A DNA stretch of 32,000 nt, taken from Mycolicibacterium smegmatis. Lineage in GTDB: Bacteria > Actinomycetota > Actinomycetes > Mycobacteriales > Mycobacteriaceae. Positions 26,165 to 32,000 of the stretch are shown piece by piece; positions within the stretch are counted from its first letter, which is position 1, and each line of letters begins with the position of its first letter. Below the pieces are notes generated by a model. That model had not been told where the DNA came from. It worked only from the letters and a program-made list of their open reading frames with translations, and made no database searches. The stretch is from contig NZ_LN831039.1 in the NCBI RefSeq assembly GCF_001457595.1, positions 5,970,001 to 6,002,000 on the forward strand, written 5' to 3'. The position numbers and the translations under genes were made by a program.

Positions 26165-27064
26165 TCACGCCGACGGTGAGGATTCCAGCAGGTCGTCGGG
26201 CACGGTGTCGTAAGCCCCGGCGGGCATGATGAGTTCGGGGGCGCCGAGCGCCGAGCGCGGCGCGAGGCCAAACGCCTGCACCGACTGGCAGTACTTCGAG
26301 ACGCGGATGACGGACATGTCGACACGGGCCAGCAGGTCGGTGATCCAGTACGGCACCCGCTCGTTGGCCTTGACCTCGACGATGGCCAGCTTGGGCGGGA
26401 TGATGAAGCGGTTCTGCGCACCCGAGGCGAAATGGAAGTCGCGGTCGCGGCCGTGCACCTTGTGGTCGATCGTGACGCGCAGACCCAGGTCGGCATCCCG
26501 GCCGACGAACGCCTCGCGCAGGTAACCCGTGGTGACGATGGGCCGCAGGTCGAGATTCTCCACGAGCGTCGTCACCTCGTTGACGAACGGCTTCTGCGAC
26601 GCGTCGCAGTCGATCTCCTTGCGGTGGTCGAGCCACTGCACGGCGGTCGCGTACGGCAGTTCCGTGCGCCGCTTCTGGGTGACGCGGTTGACGCGCTGTT
26701 TGATCTCGATCTGCACCGGGGTGTCGTCGGTGCAGGCCGACGGCGCGCCGTAGAGCCGCATCCGCAGCTTGCGGCGGAACCGCAGGCCCTCGATCTTCTC
26801 CCAGTAGAACCGCAGATCGGGCGTGTCGTAGTACAGCGAGGTCACCGGGTAGCCGCCGTGCGGCGAATACGGGTCGGTGTCCATGTGCGCGGCGAGTTCG
26901 TCGCGCAGTTCGGGGACCCGCAACTCGTCGACGAAGTACTTGATCTCGTAGCGGTTGAAGGCGTGCATCCTGCTGGCGGTCTGCGCATAGCCGCTCGGTT
27001 GCGTTGGCACGTCCTCGTAGGTCGCCGACGGGGTGTGTACGCGCCTGCGAAACCGGCCGAACAC
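26165..27064 (-). CDS. VTC-domain (polyphosphate-polymerase/TTM-like) protein
   Basis: GTG at 27064; MFGRFRRRVHT...FNRYEIKYFVDELRVPELRDEL...YYDTPDLRFYWEKIEGLRFRRKLRMRLYGA...VQIEIKQRVNRVTQKRR...GYLREAFVGRDADLGLRVTIDHKV...AIVEVKANERVPYWITDLLARVDMSVIRVSKYC: tunnel-type basic/acidic motifs of VTC domains. Confidence 0.85.
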   Translation of the reverse strand: MFGRFRRRVHTPSATYEDVPTQPSGYAQTASRMHAFNRYEIKYFVDELRVPELRDELAAHMDTDPYSPHGGYPVTSLYYDTPDLRFYWEKIEGLRFRRKLRMRLYGAPSACTDDTPVQIEIKQRVNRVTQKRRTELPYATAVQWLDHRKEIDCDASQKPFVNEVTTLVENLDLRPIVTTGYLREAFVGRDADLGLRVTIDHKVHGRDRDFHFASGAQNRFIIPPKLAIVEVKANERVPYWITDLLARVDMSVIRVSKYCQSVQAFGLAPRSALGAPELIMPAGAYDTVPDDLLESSPSA

Positions 27065-27170
27065 GCGCCACCGCCTTTCCAGTCTCCAGCACCACCTTGA
27101 CGTTCTCCGCGCTCAGCTAATCGCGCGAAGCTATGCGTCCGCTGTGCGGAAGATGGTTAACAGCTATCAA

Positions 27171-27176
27171 ATTATA
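27171..27176 (-). promoter_or_regulatory. Putative -10 element TATAAT for the VTC-DUF4956-CotH gene set
   Basis: Minus-strand CTATAATT in a locally AT-rich stretch, about 107 bp upstream of the GTG at 27064; -35 weak. Confidence 0.45.
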
Positions 27177-27220
27177 GGTAACTGTCTGGGGTGACCTTCA
27201 CCACGCACCGAAAACCCAGG

Positions 27221-28363
27221 TCAGAGCCCAGTGAAGCGCTCTTTGACGGCTTCGGAGGTCAAACCGTAATCGGCCAGCGAGTAGGTGTGTTTGGGTGCAC
27301 GCGGCCCGCGCCGGCTCGCCTCGTACACCTCGGTGACCGCCGCGCGCGCGGCGTCGGTGTAGGGCATGCCGAAGTGCCGGTACACGCTTTCGACGGTCGC
27401 GAGCGGATCGGCGACGAAGTCGTCGTAGTCCACGTCGAGGAACTGGGCCGGGTCGTGCTTGGCGCGTTCTGCGGTGAACGCCTCGAGCCCGCGGGCCCAC
27501 GTGTCCATGGCGTCGGCGCCGATCTGGGCGCCGACGAACGTGTTGGACCACGCGGCGGTGGTGTGTGCCGACAACGAGCACATCGAGGCCATGATGGTCT
27601 CGGCCGGGCGATGGCACTGGATGACCAGCGCGTCGGGGTAGGTCGCGAACAGCGCGTCGAGCGCGAACAGATGGCTGGGGTTCTTGAGCACCCAGCGCTT
27701 CTCGGCGTCGTTGAGCCCGATGAGCTGCAGGTTGCGGCGGTGCCGCTGATACGGCCTGGTCCAGTCCTGCTGCGCGAGCCAGTTGGCGTAGGTGGGCAGA
27801 TGCGCGAGGGTCTCGTAGGACACCGAGTGCAGCGACTGGCGCAGCAGCTGCCAGCACTCCTCCACCTCGTCGGCGGTCATGAAGTGCAGCCCCGTGTAAT
27901 CGGGGTTCTCCTGGTGGTGCTGTGAGAACGACGCGGCGAGCTGCTGGTAGACGGGATTGTCCGGCCAGGTCTCCCGTGGCGGGCGCGGCTGCGGGAACTC
28001 CGCCAGCCACATCTCCAACCCCTGGTGCGCCGGATCGGCGGTCAACAGCCGGTGCAGCACCGTGGTGCCGGTGCGCGGCAGCCCGGTGACGAAGATCGGC
28101 CGCTCGATCTCGACGTCGGCGTACTGCGGATTCGCCTTCCACGACGCCTCGCTGAGCAACCGCGCCACGAGCGCGTTGCGCAGGAAGAACCGCGACATCT
28201 TGCTGCCCAGCTCGGTGAGGTCGGCGTCGCGCTGATACGACTCCAGCAGCACACCGAGGGCCTCGCGGTAGTTGTCGTCGTCGGTCCCGAAGTCGTCGAG
28301 GCCCGTGGCCTTGGTGGCCGACGCATGCAGATCCTCGACGGTACCCACGTCAGTACGCGTCAT
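27221..28363 (-). CDS. PAPS-type sulfotransferase family protein (Rv3529c-like)
   Basis: MTRTDVGTVEDLHASATKATGLDDFG...IERPIFVTGLPRTGTTVLHRLLTADP...WVLKNPSHLFALDALFATYPDALVIQCHRP. Confidence 0.8.
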   Translation of the reverse strand: MTRTDVGTVEDLHASATKATGLDDFGTDDDNYREALGVLLESYQRDADLTELGSKMSRFFLRNALVARLLSEASWKANPQYADVEIERPIFVTGLPRTGTTVLHRLLTADPAHQGLEMWLAEFPQPRPPRETWPDNPVYQQLAASFSQHHQENPDYTGLHFMTADEVEECWQLLRQSLHSVSYETLAHLPTYANWLAQQDWTRPYQRHRRNLQLIGLNDAEKRWVLKNPSHLFALDALFATYPDALVIQCHRPAETIMASMCSLSAHTTAAWSNTFVGAQIGADAMDTWARGLEAFTAERAKHDPAQFLDVDYDDFVADPLATVESVYRHFGMPYTDAARAAVTEVYEASRRGPRAPKHTYSLADYGLTSEAVKERFTGL

Positions 28364-29142
28364 GCCTTGTACTCCCCACAGTTCACATCCAGCGCCTGCC
28401 CGGTGATGCCGCTGGCCAGATCGGACGCCATGAACAGGATCGCCGAGGCCACCTCGTCCTCGGTCGGCAGCCGCTTGAGGTCGGATCCCGCGGCGGCCGC
28501 GTTGTAGATGTCCTCGACGCTGGTCCCGTACTTGCCGGCCTGATGTTCGAAGTAGCTCTTGAGTGTTCCGCCCCAGATGTAGCCGGGCAGCACAGAATTC
28601 ACCCGGATGCCCTTCTCACCGAGCTCGGTGGCCAGCGTCTGCGACATCGCCAGCAACGCAGACTTCGCCATCTTGTAGGCGCCGTACTTTGCCTGCGAGT
28701 GCCGCACCACCATCGAATTCACGTTCACCACAGCACCTTTGGACTCTTCCAGCGCCGGCGTGAAGCCCTGGATGAGCCGCAGCGCGCCGAACACCGTGAG
28801 CTCGATGGCGTCGCGCATGTGCTCGAAGGTCGTGTTGGCGAACGGTTTCATCGAGGGCACCCGGAAGGCGTTGTTGATCACCACGTCCACGCGGCCGTAT
28901 GCCTTCATGGTCTCGTCGACGAGGTGGGCCACCTGCGCGTCGTCGGTGATGTCGGTGCCGACCGACAGTGCGCGCCTGCCGGTGTCGGTGACCTGCTTGG
29001 CGACGTCTTCGAGGCGTTCGACGGTGCGGGCCGCGAGCACCAGATCGGCGCCCTGCTCGGCGCACCGCCGCGCGAGCGTGGTGCCCAGCGCGGGGCCGAC
29101 GCCGCTTATGACCACAACTTTGTCGGTCAGGAGTCCACCCAT
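28360..29142 (-). CDS. Short-chain dehydrogenase/reductase (Rv3530c-like)
   Basis: ATG at 29142: MGGLLTDKVVVISGVGPALGTTLARRCAEQGADLVLAART...YGAYKMAKSALLAMSQTLATELGEKGIRVNSVLPGYI; 4-bp overlap with the sulfotransferase gene. Confidence 0.87.
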   Translation of the reverse strand: MGGLLTDKVVVISGVGPALGTTLARRCAEQGADLVLAARTVERLEDVAKQVTDTGRRALSVGTDITDDAQVAHLVDETMKAYGRVDVVINNAFRVPSMKPFANTTFEHMRDAIELTVFGALRLIQGFTPALEESKGAVVNVNSMVVRHSQAKYGAYKMAKSALLAMSQTLATELGEKGIRVNSVLPGYIWGGTLKSYFEHQAGKYGTSVEDIYNAAAAGSDLKRLPTEDEVASAILFMASDLASGITGQALDVNCGEYKA

Positions 29143-29144
29143 TG

Positions 29145-30272
29145 TCAGCCCACCATCCTGTTCTGAATCTGTTGTTGGCGCAGCGCGATCCGGGCCCGCC
29201 AGTCCGCCTCGGAGATCTTGTTGGACTCGTGGTACGGCAACTTCTCGGGTACCTGGTCGATGTCGACGACCTCGACCGTCGGCCCGTCGGCCTCGGTGAG
29301 CGCGCGTGACAGTCGCTGCCAGCGGAACTGCAGGTAACCCTTGCGATGGCCGAGCGTCTCGCACCAGTTGGTGACGCCGGGGTTGGCGTCGGACACGACG
29401 ATGCGGATCTTGCCGTCCGGATCTTCCTGCGCCTGAGTGCCGTTGAGTGAGGTCTGGTGGTTGATGTAGTCCAGCGAGATGTACCAGAGGCTGCCGAGCT
29501 GGAAACCGAGGTACGGCGCATCGGTCACCGGAAGCGTGATGACCATGGCCTGGTCGGGCCGTAGGTCGAAATGCCCGACCGACGAGTACTGCGTTGCCAG
29601 GCCACCCGGCGTGAGCCGTGGCGCGACCATGGTGTTGACCGGCAGGTTGTTGTAGAACCACTGCGGGAACTGCAGCCACGTCTTGACCCGTTGCACCAGT
29701 TGCTTACCCGCGACCGCGTACCGCTTCTCGATGAGCTCCTTGGTCAGCGGCGCCGGGGCGGTGCCCGCGGTGTCGGTGCGCGCTATGGCCAGGTGGCCGC
29801 GCTGCGCGGACCAGTCGTTGTAGACCTCGCGGATCACCAGTTGCGACGGACTCGTCGGGGTGATGCGCCATTCGAACGTGCCGTCCTCGGCGATGTCGAG
29901 TTCGCGGTCGTCGAACGCGGCCTGGCTCGCGGGCACGTTGTCGTCGGTGTACTCCCCACCCAGCACCTGGAAGCTCAGATCCGTGGTGGTGCCGCGCTTC
30001 CCGGTGACGACGTACTCGTGCCCGGGCAGCACGCGTGTGCCGAAGTACAGCGTGTCGGGGTTGTCGAGGCCCATCTTGGTGAACGGACCGGTTCCCGACT
30101 GGAGGAACGGGTGGTCGCGGTCGTAGTCGAACGCGAGGTGCAGGCATCCCGAGACACAGCCCGCGAGGTACTGCAGACCTTCGGTCAGATCGGCCTCGGA
30201 TGCGATGAACGGGGCGGCGGCCACGAGGCGTTCGGCCTCGGCGATGGCGTCCACCAACGGCTGTGAGTACAT
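29145..30272 (-). CDS. DUF1214-type protein (Rv3531c-like)
   Basis: MYSQPLVDAIAEAERLVAAAPFIASEADLTEGLQYLAGCVSG...LDNPDTLYFGTRVLPGHEYVVTGKRGTTTDLSFQVLGG...VISDANPGVTNWCETLGHRKGYLQFRWQRL. Confidence 0.75.
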   Translation of the reverse strand: MYSQPLVDAIAEAERLVAAAPFIASEADLTEGLQYLAGCVSGCLHLAFDYDRDHPFLQSGTGPFTKMGLDNPDTLYFGTRVLPGHEYVVTGKRGTTTDLSFQVLGGEYTDDNVPASQAAFDDRELDIAEDGTFEWRITPTSPSQLVIREVYNDWSAQRGHLAIARTDTAGTAPAPLTKELIEKRYAVAGKQLVQRVKTWLQFPQWFYNNLPVNTMVAPRLTPGGLATQYSSVGHFDLRPDQAMVITLPVTDAPYLGFQLGSLWYISLDYINHQTSLNGTQAQEDPDGKIRIVVSDANPGVTNWCETLGHRKGYLQFRWQRLSRALTEADGPTVEVVDIDQVPEKLPYHESNKISEADWRARIALRQQQIQNRMVG

Positions 30273-30331
30273 CGGCGTCCGTTCTCTCGGTTCAATATTG
30301 AACCATCATGGTAGAGTTTCCGACCTGACAC

Positions 30332-30345
30332 TAGAACGCGTTCTA
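30332..30345. promoter_or_regulatory. KstR operator TAGAACGCGTTCTA (perfect palindrome)
   Basis: Same 14-mer as 17002-17015, in the divergent DUF1214/IclR intergenic region. Confidence 0.88.
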
Positions 30346-30371
30346 ATTCGCGTCAACATTCGGGAGGACTC

Positions 30372-31283
30372 ATGACCGAGGCTGCGGAGTCGGCCGGCCG
30401 TGCGTCGCCGCCAACTGCGCGTGTCGTGGCGATCCTGGATTTCCTGGCCCGTCACCCGCATGACCGGTTCGGTTTGTCGGAACTGTCACGGCGGGTCGGG
30501 GTGAGCAAGCCGACCTGCCTGGGCATCCTCACCACTTTGACCGAATCGAGTTATCTGGTGCGCGAGGGCGACGGGCGGGACAAGTGCTACCGCCTGGGGC
30601 CCGCGTTGATCGCGCTGGGCCACATGGCGCAGGAATCGATGCGCGTGAACCCGTCCGCTCGCGCCGAACTGCGCGCCCTGTCAGGGGCTTTCGACAGCAC
30701 CGCGGCCATCTCGGCGGTGATCGACGACCGCATCACGGTGCTGGAACTCGTGGCCCCGCCCGGCACCGACGTCGGGGTGCGCGTCGGGCAGAGTTATCCG
30801 TTCGCCCCTCCGGTTGGCCTCATGTACGTGCTGTGGGACGACGACGCCCTGCGGGCGTGGCTGGACAAGTCCCCCACGGTGCCGCTGCGCACCGATTCCG
30901 AGCGGTTGGAGAAGGTCATCGGCGAGTGCCGCAACTCGGGCTACCTGGTGGAACGGCTCACCCCAGCCGGTCAGCGGCTGTACGGGCTGATGGCGGGCAT
31001 GTCCAGCCGGTTGCCCGACGAGTTGCAGGCACTGCTACGGGAACTCGTGTCCGACATCGGTGAGCGTGTGCATCTGCGCAGCGAGGCCACCGGTCGGCAG
31101 CGCCACGACGTCAGCGTCATCTCTGCGCCGGTCCACGACCACCACCAGCGGCAGGTCATGGTGGTGTCACTGCACGTGGGCCGCGCGCTCACCGATTCGG
31201 AGATCACCAAACGGGCCCGCGGCGTGGTCGAGGCCGCCGACGCGGTCACCGCGCAGTTGGGCGGCGTGAAACCCACGCGTTGA
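30372..31283 (+). CDS. IclR-family transcriptional regulator
   Basis: ATG at 30372 with SD gggagga; TARVVAILDFLARHPHDRFGLSELSRRVGVSKPTCLGILTTLTESSYLVREGDGRDKCYRLGPALIALG and C-terminal effector domain. Confidence 0.88.
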   Translation: MTEAAESAGRASPPTARVVAILDFLARHPHDRFGLSELSRRVGVSKPTCLGILTTLTESSYLVREGDGRDKCYRLGPALIALGHMAQESMRVNPSARAELRALSGAFDSTAAISAVIDDRITVLELVAPPGTDVGVRVGQSYPFAPPVGLMYVLWDDDALRAWLDKSPTVPLRTDSERLEKVIGECRNSGYLVERLTPAGQRLYGLMAGMSSRLPDELQALLRELVSDIGERVHLRSEATGRQRHDVSVISAPVHDHHQRQVMVVSLHVGRALTDSEITKRARGVVEAADAVTAQLGGVKPTR

Positions 31284-31295
31284 CAACGACGTTCG

Positions 31296-31643
31296 TCAGA
31301 AGTTGCTACAGGTGTCGAACACCGTCTGCAGCAACCCGATGTAGGGCTGGTTGGGCGGGTATTCCACGATCGCCTTGGCCATGCGTTGACGCAGATCCCG
31401 TGGTGCGTCGATGAATTGGCGAAGCGTGGTCTGCATGTCCGGCGACGAGTTCAGCACCCCGCCGTACACCGGGCTCTGAGCGTTCAGCGCCGAGACGAAC
31501 TGTGGGTACGTACAGGTGGTGTTGACCGCCGAGTCGAGGTTGGGCTCGGCGTTAGCGACGCCGGTGCCTGCGGTCAGTCCGACAACCGTGGCGGCCACCA
31601 GCCCACCCGCGGCGACCGCCGCCTTCATCGGTGTTGATTTCAT
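31296..31643 (-). CDS. Small exported, haemophore-related-like protein with conserved Cys pair
   Basis: MKSTPMKAAVAAGGLVAATVVGLTAGTGVANAEPNLDSAVNTTCTYPQFVSALNAQSPVYGGVLNSSPDMQTTLRQFIDAPRDLRQRMAKAIVEYPPNQPYIGLLQTVFDTCSNF: signal peptide with ANA cleavage site. Confidence 0.65.
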   Translation of the reverse strand: MKSTPMKAAVAAGGLVAATVVGLTAGTGVANAEPNLDSAVNTTCTYPQFVSALNAQSPVYGGVLNSSPDMQTTLRQFIDAPRDLRQRMAKAIVEYPPNQPYIGLLQTVFDTCSNF

Positions 31644-31772
31644 GTCTGCACCTCCGATTGCCCGGACTTTACCCGCCCGGTCCGAGCCGTCCCGGCGATT
31701 CGAAGACGCTCGACGGCGACTTGGTTGCGAACGAAAAGACAAGGTGCGCAAGGGCCGGTGTGCGGGAGTTGC

Positions 31773-32000
31773 TCAGGTGGTGCTCGCCAGGACGAACGGC
31801 AGGACTGCCGGCACGCCCGCGTCCCGCAACACCCGTGCGGCCATCGTCAACGTCCAGCCCGAGTCCGTCATGTCGTCGACCAGCAGTACCGGCCCGTCGC
31901 AGTCGATCTGGGGACGTTCCCACGATCCTTCGAGTGCCGCGACGCGGTACGCGGAGTTCGCGGCCGTGACGGGACGTCGGGTCGGGGTGTAGCGCAGGAT
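31773..32000 (-). CDS. C-terminal part of a phosphoribosyltransferase-domain protein (possibly RecQ-like helicase of the RqlH type), truncated at window edge
   Basis: Reverse reading ILRYTPTRRPVTAANSAYRVAALEGSWERPQIDCDGPVLLVDDMTDSGWTLTMAARVLRDAGVPAVLPFVLASTT*: VLLVDDMTDSGWT is a PRPP-binding-loop motif. Confidence 0.6.
   Translation of the reverse strand: MLRYTPTRRPVTAANSAYRVAALEGSWERPQIDCDGPVLLVDDMTDSGWTLTMAARVLRDAGVPAVLPFVLASTT

Overview
GC-rich actinobacterial (mycobacterial, Mycolicibacterium smegmatis-like) chromosome segment. The gene content and order match the KstR-controlled cholesterol/steroid catabolism region that M. tuberculosis carries around Rv3502c-Rv3531c: hsd4A, fdxD, fadE26, fadE27, fadD17, fadD19, echA19, an Rv3517-like gene, cyp142, an acetoacetate-decarboxylase-like gene, an F420/LLM oxidoreductase, a tandem-DUF35 protein, ltp4, ltp3, a lipoprotein, kshA, a small Cys protein, a sulfotransferase, an SDR, a DUF1214 protein and an IclR regulator. 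Six 14-bp boxes fitting TNNAACNNGTTNNA (KstR operator) can be read directly. Superimposed on this backbone are: an IS110-family (DEDD) transposase with a long non-coding 5' flank that may hold a bridge RNA; an AbiEi/DUF559-like gene bracketed by 28-bp perfect inverted repeats that are themselves arms of hairpins; and a compact three-gene set encoding a VTC-type polyphosphate-polymerase-like protein, a DUF4956 membrane protein and a CotH kinase-like protein with a 14-triplet collagen-like Gly-X-Y insertion. The last two are the best candidates for poorly described biology. Family and ortholog names come from recognising sequence motifs and synteny, not from a database search.
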